64,000 bases of DNA from Camelus ferus (taxonomy: Eukaryota): NCBI RefSeq assembly GCF_009834535.1, contig NC_045697.1, positions 68,264,001 to 68,328,000 of the forward strand. The letters run 5' to 3'. How positions within the stretch are numbered: the first letter of the stretch is position 1; each line of letters opens with the position of its first letter. Below are positions 1-11,790 of the stretch, in pieces. The translations under genes were made by a program, and so were the position numbers. The notes under the pieces were generated by a model. That model did not search any database, had not been told where the DNA came from, and saw only the letters and a program-made list of their open reading frames with translations.

Positions 1-545
1 TTACAGAAAGTTACATCCAAAAGAAACAATACATGTTCTTCTCAAGTGCATATGAAACATTTTCTAAGATACATCTTATGGTAGGCCACAAAACGATTCC
101 TAATATATTCAAGTGGATTAAAATCATTGAAAAAAAAAGCATCTTTTCCAACCACAGTGGTATGAAACTAGAAATTAATTGCACACACACAAAAAGAACT
201 GTAAAATTTATAAATATGTGAAGATTAAACAGAATGCTACTGAACAACCAATGAGTCAAAGAAGAAATCAAAACAAATCAAAAAATACCTTGGAAAAAAA
301 TACCTTGAGACAAATGAAAATGTAAAACACCAAAATTCATGGGATGCAGCAAAAGCAGTTCTAAGATGGAAGTTGATAGTGATAAACGCCCACCTCAAGT
401 AATAAGAAAAGTCTCAAACAAACAGCTTAACTTTACACTTCAATGGACAGAAAAAGAAGAATAAATGAGCCCAAAATTAGAAGAGGGAAGGAAATAACAA
501 AGATTAGAACAGAAATGAATGAAATAAAAACAAACAAGAACAGAA
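1..545 (+). mobile_element. LINE-1 ORF2 fragment (C-terminal part of the endonuclease domain plus downstream linker), decayed
   Basis: ORF 33..221 (FFSSAYETFSKIHLMVGHKT...SIFSNHSGMKLEIN) matches the L1 ORF2 EN C-terminus pattern FFSSAHGTFSRIDHMLGHK...SDHNGMKLEIN. A-rich L1 sequence continues (tgggatgcagcaaaagcagttctaaga) with stops and frameshifts. Confidence 0.9.
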
Positions 546-986
546 ATGAAAAGAGAGTTCAGAATCAGGCTGTAGATTGTCACTTCATTTCTAAAAAGGT
601 AATAATGTGATCAGCACAGTAGGCCAGGAGTTAAGTTTCAGTAAATGGTGCTGGGTCAGATAGATATCTATATGGAGAAAATAAACCCTGGCCTGAGCCT
701 CATACTATGCAAAAGTAAATTCCAGATGGATTGCAGATCTGAATGTAAAAGGAAAATTAATAAAGCTTTTCAAAGAGTTCATATAAAAACATCTTCATGA
801 ATGTGGAGTATGCAAAGATATCATATAATAAACAGTGCTAAACATAAAGAAAAATGGTAAATAGGACAATGATTAGATTAGAACTTTTGTTCAAGAGACA
901 TCTCTTGAATAGGGCTCTGAAAAATGGAAGCCACAGAGAGGGAGAAAATGCAATACAATATCCTACAAGTAACTTCTTTTTAGAAT

Positions 987-1828
987 TTTTTATTGAGGTA
1001 TAATGGACCTATAGCATTACGTTAGCTTCAAGTATACAACATAATAATTCAGTATTTGTATACATTGTGCAGTGATCACCAAAATAATTCTAGTTAACAT
1101 TTATCATCATACATAGTTACAGAAAAATTTTGTTTCCTAGTAATGAAAAATTTTAGATTTATTTTCAAATATGCAATGCCATATTATTAACTATAGTCAC
1201 TCTGCTGTACAGTACATCCTCAGGACTTGTTTATTTTATAACTGGAAATTTTTATCTTTTGACTCCCTTCACCCATTTTGTGCACCCTTACCCCTGCCTC
1301 AGGCAACCACCAATGTGTTCTCTGTTTCTATGAGCTTGGTTTTGTTTTGTTTTGTCTTTTTTTTTTGTTTTTTCGATTCCACATATAAGTGTAACCATAC
1401 AATATTTGTCTTTTGCTGTCTCACTTACTTGACTTAGCATAATGCCCTGAAGGTCCATCCATTTTATTATAAATGGCACGATTTTGTTCTTTTTTAAGTT
1501 GAGTAGTATTCCATTTTGTGTGTGTGTGTATCACATTTTCTTTATCTACTTTATTCATCCAGCAATGAATACTTAACATTGTTTCCATATCTTGGTTAAT
1601 TGTAAATTATGCTGCAGTGAATATGGGGGTGCATATATCTTTTTGAGTTAATATTTTCTTTTTCTTTGGGTAGGTACCTAGAAGTGAATTTACTAGTTCT
1701 ATTTTTAAATTTTTTTGAAGAACCTCCATATTGTTTTCCACAGTGGCTGCACCAATTTACATTCCCACCAACAGTACAAAAGGTGTCTGTTTTCTCCACA
1801 TCCTTGCCAACACTTGTTATTTCTTGTC
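987..1828 (-). mobile_element. LINE-1 3' end (L1MA9-like), non-inverted part of a 5'-inverted insertion
   Basis: Short poly(T) then ttattgaggtataat...; minus-strand ORFs 1288..1479 (KWMDLQGIMLSQVSETAKDKYCMVTLICGI) and 1596..1799 ([22 protein letters not shown]) are L1 ORF2 C-terminal sequence. Confidence 0.9.
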
Positions 1829-2036
1829 ATTCCCATTTACAGTTTTATCAAAAAGAATAAAATACCTAGGAATATATTTAAGCGAGGAGGGAAAAGATCG
1901 CTACATTGAAGACTATAAGACATTGATGAAAGAAATTGAAGAAGAGACAAATAAATGGAAAGACTTTTCATGCTTGTAGATTGGAAGACTTAATATTGTT
2001 AAAATTCCCATTTTACCCAAAGCAATCTACAGATTG
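1829..2036 (+). mobile_element. Inverted LINE-1 ORF2 segment (twin-priming 5' inversion) belonging to the 987-1828 element
   Basis: Translates to [16 protein letters not shown]...[17 protein letters not shown]...LPKAIYR (L1 ORF2, C-terminal end of RT and downstream). It abuts the minus-strand part, and both lie inside a degenerate 20-bp TSD (967-986 / 2037-2056). Confidence 0.85.
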
Positions 2037-3079
2037 AAGTAACTTTTATTCAGAATATATAGGGAAATACAAAAAGTGTAGGGAAAAAATCAGGAAAATT
2101 AATAGAATAAGTAAGAGATTTAAACAGGTACTTCACAGAGAAGTATATCTGAAAAGGTGTTTAATTTCACTGGTAACTAAAAAAACTAACAAAGTAACAG
2201 TGTAATACCACTAGACAGCCACCAGAAGGGCTACAATGAAGAAAACCCCAAGTTTACACAAGGATATATAGCAAGGAGAACTTTTACATACTGCTAATGG
2301 AAATATAAATTGATACAATCACTTTGGGAAAATGTTTGGCAGTATCAATAAAACTAAGCATATGAATTTTCTATAACCCAACAGTTTGTATATGTTTATT
2401 TTCTCCCACAGGACGATATGTAGGAAAGTATTCATAGCAACACTGTTTGTAGTAGAAGACTACACTCCATAAATGTTAAAATAAATATAAATTATAGTAT
2501 ATTCACACAATGTAATACACTACAGAATAAAAGTGAACAAACAGTAACATCAAGCAAAGATATCATAGAAGAGGTTTTACAACATTAGATTGAGGAAAAG
2601 AAGACAAACAAAAAAGAATACATATTTCTATCTATAAAAATTTAAAAATCAGGCAAAATTAATCTATAGTGTTATATAGGGCTATTGTGCATTTTTGGCA
2701 GTTGGAAAACATTAAGAAAGGACTAGCTGGGACTTCTGGAGGTCGTTGTGATGATCTGTCTCTTGTTCTGGGTACTGGTTATAAGGGTATTTTCAATTTG
2801 TGAAAGTTCATCAACTTGTATGCTTTTGATTTGTGTCCATATGTGTTTCAAATTCTAATAAAAAGTTTAAAAATTTTTAAATATTTAAATATAAATTTTT
2901 ATGTATTTTCTTTAATAAATGAGCTCAAATATATTCATTAGAATCTGTTTAAAAATTCAGTGTAGGTTGTGGGGAGTGTGACCAGGATAAATTATTATAG
3001 AAGCTAAATCCACAAAGCAAAGTTGAAAAAAGTTATTTTTTTACTGTAATTGCAGCTGATGGTTGGCAGGGATGTCAAT

Positions 3080-3480
3080 CTGTTATAGCTCAGGAAAGAC
3101 TGCCCAATAGACATGAAAAATATTAATGAACTAGCTATGTTAAAATGGCTGAGAGAACAGCCTGTACAAAGGTCCTAAGGTGGGAGAAGCTTTGGTAGAT
3201 TCATCAAACTAAAAGCTATGGCTGTCAATGTGAAGAAAGGGGAATGGTATTCAGTGAGACTGTCATGCCAGGCTAGAACCAGGTTATGGAAAGCCTTAGA
3301 ACCATAGTTAGGAGTTGGGGTTTTATTCTTACTACAATGAGAAATCACTGAATTATTTATACAAAAAAAAAGGAGCTGATACATATATATATTTAAAGAT
3401 CATAGTAGACAGCAGAAATAGACTGGAAAGGGACAAAAGTAGAAGATACTGCAATAATGTGTATGAAAGATGATGATGCA
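3080..3480 (-). mobile_element. L2 LINE fragment
   Basis: Purine-rich reverse complement of the L2 3' region (gaacagcctgtacaaaggtcctaaggtgggag; aggagttggggttttattct...caatgagaaatcactgaa). Confidence 0.7.
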
Positions 3481-4269
3481 AGATTAATGAGCAATAAATA
3501 TCTTGGGAAGGAAGACATATGGAGATACCCACTTCTGTAATACCTATACATTCATGATAAACATTCTTATAATTAATTATCTGGCCAATTATAAAATACT
3601 TAGCATCCTAAAATTAAAATATTTATCAAGATTTTTCTACTTTACCAATGAATGTTGAACACATATTTCTCAAGAAGATAAGCTAAAGCATTTTTATAAC
3701 TTTGACGAGTAAAGAGGAATGCAATAAGCCATGGATTTTCCACTAGGGCATCTTTCAACATCATGCCAGTCAGTATATAGTAAGTGTGAAGGGCCTCTAA
3801 GATTTGAGTCCACTATTCAGTTTCTCAAATCCATGTACAAAATAGAAATACTATATTTATCTAAACTCAAAGGGGCTTAGATAATGTGTGAATAACCTGC
3901 AGCTATGTTAAGGAGATCTATTACTTGGCTCACTAGTTTGTTTTAGTGTACAGCCTTGTAGGTTCAGTTTTCCATTTAGAAGACATTTAGCCTTAGATCT
4001 ATGCTACAGGAAAAGCAGTAGTTGAAATGCTGAATAAACAGATTTTCACAAGGGCAAGTATACAGTGTAGGCTAATCTTATTTTATGTACCTGAGAACCA
4101 TAAAAAGAGAGCATATTGTCAAATACCACAATAGGTACACCTAGGTACATATGTGTTGAATTGAATGACCCTTTCTTAGTCTCCACTGTACTTCCTGAGA
4201 GATATTTACAGGATAAAACATCTAACCCAATGCCCAATAAACTGGAAAATGAAATTGTAACTGCTTAGT

Positions 4270-4490
4270 GGCAATGTGGTGAGGCAGAAAGAGATGTGGA
4301 GCCCTGTGGTTTGATTCATGCCTTTTCCACTCTCTAACTGTGTGACCAGGAGCAATCAAAACAAACTATCTGAGGCTATACTTTCTCATGCACCCAATAA
4401 CAACAACAACAACAAAAAAAGATACAATATTTTAACTCCCAAGGCTGTTAGAATGATCAAATAAGACAATGCATATAAAAGAATATGAAA
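4270..4490 (+). mobile_element. MIR SINE
   Basis: Degenerate MIR core (ccactctctaactgtgtgacc...tctgaggctatactttctcat) and tail (ggctgttagaatgatcaaataagacaatgcatataaaa). Confidence 0.65.
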
Positions 4491-5259
4491 ACTCAGTCAC
4501 TGCTGTTAACTTTCACTACCAGAAGGATTCAGCCTTTGCCTGTAGGAAACCTGTTTGAATTTAACTTCTGCCTGGTAAGCCCTAGAGACAATGATTCAAA
4601 TACTTGTAAATTTAAGTTATTTAATCCTGTGTGATTTCTAAAAGCACACATTTTTAAATAATACTGCATAGCTATGTAGCATTTCATCAGGATCCCTTAC
4701 AGAGTCCATGAATTTTAATACTTTGAAAAAAAAAAAACTTCATACATCATTATTCTGGTAAGTAAGTGAAATTCTCAACCTTTGAGGTCTTATGGGGGTA
4801 CTTTTTTGGATTTTTCACAAAGAGTGAAACAGCCAGGCGGGTGCAGTTCATCTTTAGACTCCATTCTCTGAAGTGCACATTTACCTACTCTTACAAGGAT
4901 AGAGGGATGAATGTGACAAGTGCACATTTCAGGTGCTGTATTTCACAATATCTTAAAAGATGCTTTTACCGTGGAACCTCAGAAAGCTGATGAGATGATT
5001 ACTTGAGATTGGAGGACAGCATTGTCTCATTCTTCCTCTTTGACTACAGGGCAAGAGTTCTGCTTTACTCCAATAAAGAGCAATAAGGAAGTAAACACTT
5101 GTAGCTTTTCTCTCCACTCCTTACTTACTCTTTAACACTGTAGCTAAGGTTATTGTTACGTTGTAGTCCAAGCACTATACTAGAGTCTAGGGCCTCAAAA
5201 CAGGCAACTGTCCCATCCCCACACTTCTTCCATGTTGGTAAGAAGACAATGACTCCTAT

Positions 5260-5430
5260 TCCAAAGCTTTTATATACATTAACTCATTTAATTTTCCAAA
5301 CAGCCGTGAGAAATATGTCTTTAATCATCTCCATTTTATAGAGAAGGAAACTGAGACAGAGATATTAAGTGATTTCCACATAGTCCCACAGCTACTCGAT
5401 AGTGAAGGCAGAAACTGCATGAGTCTGGGA
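5260..5430 (-). mobile_element. MIR SINE
   Basis: ctcatttaattttccaaacagccgtgag...atctccattttatagagaaggaaactgagacagaga...aagtgatttcc is the reverse MIR core. Confidence 0.85.
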
Positions 5431-5853
5431 CTCCATCTTTCTCTCTTCAGCTTGATATCTTCTCATCAGGTGACCTGTTTTGTGAAGTGCACTGACACTC
5501 CACAAAGCTTGCTGACACATATACTTTTAAACTGATTTGTAGCCCCAGCTGTACCAAGAGGAGATTTGAGGAAGAGGGAGAAAATGTGTTCCATTTTGGC
5601 TTTAGATTGTGACCACCTTCTACAGTATAACATTACTGGGAGTAATCGGCCCATCAAGAATAAAACCAATATCGAAATCCTCATTTGGCATCTTATATCT
5701 CTCCCTTTGTTTGCAAAACCCTGGACGGGAAGACTATTTAATTGGGCCCTCCAGCTACCAACAAATTAGATGAGAATATTGAACTCATAAAATAGAAACA
5801 ATTTATTTAGACATTACATATGCATACCATAATACACAGAAAATTATAAATAA

Positions 5854-5861
5854 TGTGTGTG

Positions 5862-5894
<33 letters not shown>
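5854..5894. repeat. Compound (TG)n(TA)n(TG)n microsatellite
   Basis: Read directly from the sequence. Confidence 0.95.
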
Positions 5895-7090
5895 ATTGAA
5901 TATGAATTGATTGTTAATTATCATGGTAGCAGGTAAGGTCCCATCCTATCCAGGTCTTATTTCTCTTTGTTAGTTTAATTATTTGTTTTAATTTAGTCAG
6001 TGTTTATTTAATTCATGCTAAACTATAAATTTCTATATACCATCTAGAATGGTCAAAGAAGATTAGTATCTTGAGTTCAAGTTTTATGTACTGAAGAAAA
6101 TTTGCTAATATATATATATACAATATTTTATATTTAATATAATTTTAATATATATGAAATTCATATTTATTTAAATTCAAACTTTAAATGGAAGCAAATT
6201 AGTATCAGTCATGTGTATATTCTCTATATAATGGCAAAAACCAAATAAACTTCATGCTGTTATGGCCAGTTTTATAGGTTATAGGTTAGAAATTAAGGAT
6301 TGAAAATTGAGGCTAGAAAAAAATGCTCTTTGGCTTAAGAGCATATTAGTAATAAATGATGGAGCCAAGAGTCCAAGACCAAAGACCACACAACACTACC
6401 TCAGTGACGCAGACTTTACCTATTATTCCTATTTAATACTTCATGGTGACATGAACTGCCAGAACTTTCAAAATGCAAATCTCATCTTAAATATCATATA
6501 GGGAGTGTATTTAAGATTGATAACTATCTGGAAGACTTGCATTCACAGTTGAAAAATAATTACCTTCATAGTTGTGTACTGTCTTTTAAATTTTACCTCC
6601 TCCTCTTGGGCTGGAGTAAGTAACTATTTACTTTTTTAAAAATGCTGTTATTCTAGGGTTTGGTAAATTAAACACTACATTATTATTGTGTGCACCTATT
6701 ACATAGGAGGTACCTGAATTCCTGTAATATTACTACCCATTTATGCTTCTACAAGTCAGTACCTTTCAAGTCTGATCCTTCTCTAGAGAAATTGAATGTA
6801 GGTAAGCATAGAGGGAATCTAGATGGCTTTTAGAAAGTTACTTTTGATCACATTTCTAAAATTGTCCAGAAACCCATGCTATGCTTTTTTTAAGGAAGTT
6901 CAAAAAAATAAGTAAGGAAAAGAAGATGACCCTTAAATCAATGCAAATTTCTTTAAATATCCACTTCAAATTAACAAAGTGCCTTTTGTTTACAATATAA
7001 AATAAAAACTGTATGAAGCTAGTAGTTGCCATATGGGACAAAACCAAAGTTACCACTGAGTCCCCAAGTCTCTAGGGGAAAAGATTGTTC

Positions 7091-7255
7091 TAGTCATCTC
7101 TTGGTATCTGTGGAAGATTAGTTCCAGAACTTCCACCCCTTACCCCATGGATAGCAAACTCTGTGGATGCCCAAATCCCTTATATAAAAGAGGGTAGTAC
7201 AGATGGCCCTCCGTATCTGTGGGTTCCACATCTGTCGATACAGAGGGCTGACTTA
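7091..7255. mobile_element. TcMar-Tigger-derived MITE (MER2-like, short)
   Basis: Imperfect terminal inverted repeats agtcatctcttggtatctgtgg ... gatacagagggctgact. Internal gtggatgcccaaatcccttatataaaa is typical of the MER2/Tigger group, and the right end is followed by TA. Confidence 0.75.
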
Positions 7256-8765
7256 CATCTTGAGGGGCCCCCTTCAACACGATGATATTTTTAGTAGAAA
7301 AGATCAGAATAGAAGCTAGTCCTAAGCAGTATTTGGTCTTTTTGTAGTAATTGCAAAACAATTAAAAATGTTGAAAGGCTGTAACTGAAACTTTGATATG
7401 TTTATGGATGTAAGGGACACATCTTCCCTGAACTAAGACCATCATGCTATTGCATGTAGGCCACCAGGCATGCATTACATGATCACAGCTTTCAGCTGCT
7501 TCTGATTTAAGCTGAATTGGAACTAGTGACCTAGAAGTGAACAGTGTCATATTCCATTACTAAATGTCTTAGCTAGCCAGTTGCCCTCAGTATTTTTTCC
7601 CTTAATCATTTTTATTAGCAGCATTCACATTTTTACCATCAGACAATTTGAAAGCTCTCAAGAATGTACCCTGACACAAATTATAGTTATTGTTTACATT
7701 ACCTTCTTATAAAGACAGACTATCCCCAAGTGTGAGATTCACCTTGAATTATGCCAGCTGCCTTACTATTTCAGTATTTGTTCTTCTTTTTTTCTCTGTT
7801 ACAGTCTAGAAATGACATTAGATGTGGTTGGAATGACAAATGCCTTCTCGGCTCCATAAGCAAAGGTGAATTCAAGAAGGAACCAACAGACACCTGTCCA
7901 TCATAACCAGGGCAAACTGGCCCCAGGTGTAGACTTATGTAAATTGATCCAAAAATACACCCTCTGCTTTCATTTTATTATATTTTTTTTCATTTTGCCT
8001 CACAGTCTGTAAGAGCTCTAGGGTGTACAATGTAAAAAAATCACCCTTGCTTTGTATTTTATCAACAAACTAATGCAAAAAGGTGGGGGGAAAAAAGGAA
8101 CTAGTGCTCTTTTCTTTTGGCCCTGTATATTTTTCTCTATAGTGAATTTCTGGGACTGCCTGACATGTCTATAGTGATCTGTGAAATAGAATGCCCAGAT
8201 AGATAGGGAAGTAGATCAATAACGCTTTAACAAAGAGAGTGCTTCATGAAGACACACGGGTGCATAATTAAACATAACAAACATTTCCCAAGGACGGATC
8301 TCTCAGCTCAACAAAATCAAACTCACATTCCCTTGTGCTTTACTCTGATGAGAACTTCATAACTTTGGAGTGCTGTAAAGGGATTTAGAGGACAATTGTG
8401 ATAGCTATTTATAGAAAATGAAAGACACCCAGCTTAGCAATTAACCTGAACCAAAATGACTATGTTTAGAGGAAATGGTATGGACAGTATAAACCCTAAA
8501 GGATGGTCTACTTGGGCAAACAGTTTGTACTTAATTTCAGTCTTTGAGGTTTCATTTTTTTTTTTTTTTTCAGAATTCCTGTAGTTGACATTCATTGTAA
8601 TTACAAAGTTAAAAATAGGCTTTTTTTTTCTCATAATAAATCTATAAAGATGAAGCTATTAAAAACAATCTTTTGTTTTAAGGATGATTTATATCGACAC
8701 ATCACATTTCTTACAATTGAAGTTTTAGGGGCAGTGATACATAAGAATATTGACTCCACAAAGTG

Positions 8766-9210
8766 CATTTCTTAGTTTGGGTCCCTCAAAAGCAGATGCT
8801 AAAGCAAATATTTGGACATAAGTTATTTACCTGGGAGGTGATATTAGGGAACACAGTGAAGGAGTGAACAAATGAGAAACAAAAGGGAGGGCAGTCATTA
8901 AAATTTTATTAATGAGTTGATTACTGCTGGGAAACTGAAGCTCAATCCTGCTCTGGACCCTTAAAGAGATTTTATAGAATTATTGCACCAAGGGAGGAAT
9001 GCATAGAGCTATAAACCCACTGCTACTCATTGGTTGAGAGGCACTCCTGGTGGCATTAAGTCCATGCCAAACACAGTCCCAGGGCCAAAGACTGGCCCAG
9101 GAAAAGGAGAGCAGAAAGCTGTAGGTCTGAATAAAATTTGTCTGCCAGAACAGAACCTGACTTCAAAGGTAGGCTGAGGCATGAGAGGGGCACCCACTTT
9201 GTCAGCTATA
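8766..9210 (-). mobile_element. ERVL-type solo LTR (LTR16/LTR33-like)
   Basis: tcttagtttgggtccctcaaaagcagatgct...tgggaggtgatattagggaacac...ttactgctgggaaactgaagctcaatcctgct matches the reversed 3' end of these ancient LTRs. Confidence 0.7.
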
Positions 9211-11724
9211 ATGCATGTGGAAAATCCTAAAACAATGGAGAATCCTACAAAAGAGACAACTATCTAGATGGGTCATATTTTTAAAATTGAGAGAGCACTT
9301 AGAAGTAGCTGTAAAAGGGTTACAAGCTTTCATTCTCCCAATGTCATTGTCTCATCTACTTAAAATTTTGATGGGTAACTACTCCTCCGTAAAGAGAAAA
9401 TTCTCTTTAACACTTTCTTCTTTACTACATATATGACAGTCATGATGTTTGTTGCTCACTAAGTACCATTGTCAAGCTGTCAGCTCCATTTACAAAGGCA
9501 GTTCAGTTTGTAAATATGTATCACTTCAAGCTCATGGGAGGCTTGAAGTGATTTAAACCAGCACACACAAGTATAGGTGTCCAGGCCCCCATTCCCTACC
9601 TTTGGAGTTTAAGAGGATGCAGGGACATTCAGTAGGTAGGGCCTTTTGTTCTGGAAGGGTAGTTCAGATAGTACTGAACAAACTTTCATGGCTCAGGAAG
9701 ATGTCAGTGCCACTGTGAGAACAATGAGAGATGTTCTGACTGCTGTGAAAGGAAAGTCTTTTTTGAATAATATTGAAAAGAACTGCTGTTGTGCTTCCTC
9801 AGCACCAGAATGTGATGTCGATGCTCCTGTGGTGGTCTGGGACACTGGCTTGTCTCCCACATGGCTCCCTGGGAGCCTGTGATGAGTGGTTGTGACCTGG
9901 GAGGAGAGAAGACAGTAACCCACTTCAGACTTCAGTCATGTCCACAGGGTTGTTCCTCTTCTCTCTCCTGCAGAAGCCCATGTAGTTCTGTCCCTTACTA
10001 TAGTGCTCACTCAGTTTCTTCCCTTGACTCTTGGAATTTTTATTTCTTGTGGGCATGAAGGAAGGGCAAGTCTGGCTGCTCTTCTCATTTTATTTTTGTG
10101 GCGTAATTCTCATCACTAGCGATTTTAGGGCCTAGATATCTGGGTCTTACCTAGTACAGCTCTTGCAAATCCAAAGCCTTAACTTCAAACCTTATATTTG
10201 GAAAATAAAAACACCAAGCTGCTCTCCTTGGTCTCAGATTCTGCTTTGGCGTCTATTACCTGAGACTGGCCTTTAGAGTGGCCTAGCTAGCTGAGCCACA
10301 GGTAGGGGGACACCAAAAAAGAAAATTTCAAATAGTATTTCAGAGTTTTATCCTCCCATAAATATCACCTAAAACCTAGAATCATAAGCAATCACTAGAT
10401 ACATTACAGACACTATGTAATAATAATAACAAATGTATAAACAGGTATGCATTTAAATTGTTTGGGTCGAAAGTTATAATTTACTGTGATTTAGCTGCCA
10501 ATATGATTAGACTTCAATTTTATATTAATGAACCAATACTGGCTCTTTAAAAAATGTACTTGAAATAAAAGACCACACATACCTTTGATAAAAAGATCCA
10601 TATTCCACAAATACATTTTTCTTATGAGTTGAAGGTAATATACAGGTTTGCAAATTTGTTTTCACTATACTAAGTTATGTACAATATATATGACTTCTTA
10701 ACTTTTCTGTTAAATTATCTGCTCTTCCTCTCACACACACACCACTGCACACACACACTATAGTAGTGCACATGAGCAAAACAAAACTAAACTTAGTATA
10801 ATATATGCTGCATACCCTATAATTTAGATAGTATCTTTAGTTGAATCATTCTCTTTTGAATGAACTGTAATGCTTTAAGGGTTTTCCTGGTCTCTCCATA
10901 CCCCTATGTTCTCATAGTTTCTTTCTAGAATGGTATCTGGATATATAGAACCTGTGGTGTCATATATGATGGGAAGGAGCAAGGGTAGGTCTCTGGAAGC
11001 CCTTCAATCCAGGCAGTTCTCAGATTCCTCAGCGGTGTCCACTTAAGTGTAACTGGTCTGTGCTGAAAACCAGACTGGTGACAGCTGAAGCCCCACTGCT
11101 TTTCCCTTCAGCGTTCTACAAGGATTTGCCGGTATAATCTCCAGGATGTATATCTCAGAGCCTGATTCTAGTCCCTTGTCAGTAGGGCAGGCTGACCAGG
11201 TCCTGGGGTGTGATCCCCCTGGGCTGTGTACCGCCTGAGATCCGTGTTCCTTGTGTGTGTCTCACTCGGGCTGTCTGCCACACAGCCCTCGGCTTCGGTT
11301 CACTTTGCCTCTCTGTAGCAGACTCCTTAGTCAAGATATCCAGTCAGTCTGTTCACTAACACCCTTAATACACTCTCAGACATCGTCTAGCTGTGTGTAT
11401 TCCAAAGAGAACTTGAGAAACTTAGGCCCTCCATCTTCCCTATAAGATGTATCACTGAATTTATTGCTTATACTTGTATGACAAGTGCCTATCACATATT
11501 TTCCTTCCGGACTCCAGAGAAGGAAAAGAGAAAGCCCCTCTGCCCTCAGGACCTCCCAAATCTGCATAGATATTTCTATAGATTGTATGGTTATAAGTTT
11601 ATAATGTTGGATACAAATATTTCTGTGCTGACAAAAGGAGTGGTGAGCTGTCAGAATTTGTTATTTTAGAATTTAAATTCAGCAGATTCAAGGAGTGTGA
11701 GTCTGTCTAGTTTGTTGCTTCACC

Positions 11725-11790
11725 ACATCGAAAGCAACATATAATAAGTGAGTGCTTCATAAGTATTTATTAAACAAATGAATGAATAAC
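11725..11790 (+). mobile_element. L2 3' tail
   Basis: aagtgagtgcttcataagtatttattaaacaaatgaatgaa (L2 tail ending in TGAA repeats). Confidence 0.55.

Larger units (their letters stand above)
560..2880 (+). mobile_element. Old LINE-1 (L1ME-like) ORF2 3' part and 3' UTR, interrupted by a younger L1 at 987-2036
   Basis: aaatggtgctgggtc...aaattccagatggattgcagatctgaatgtaaaa resembles the NKWCW...INSKWIKDLNV region. The sequence resumes colinearly after 2037 and ends in aataaaaagtttaaaaa near 2860-2875. Confidence 0.8.

Noticed and set aside
33..1979. ORFs with L1 ORF2 similarity as functional genes
   Set aside because: Short fragments with stops and frameshifts inside truncated L1 copies.
4987..8360. 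CTGATGA motifs (about 4987 and 8345) as hammerhead cores or C/D snoRNA boxes
   Set aside because: No matching GAAA with stems I-III, and no box D with a terminal stem.
9646..10058. Overlapping 65-78 aa ORFs as a coding exon
   Set aside because: No recognisable domain and no convincing splice-site pair; lengths expected by chance.
11221..11300. HDV/CPEB3-like ribozyme suggested by the gggctgt/acagccc stem
   Set aside because: No P3/L3 loop of the right size, no P1.1 pairing and no P2 pseudoknot could be built.
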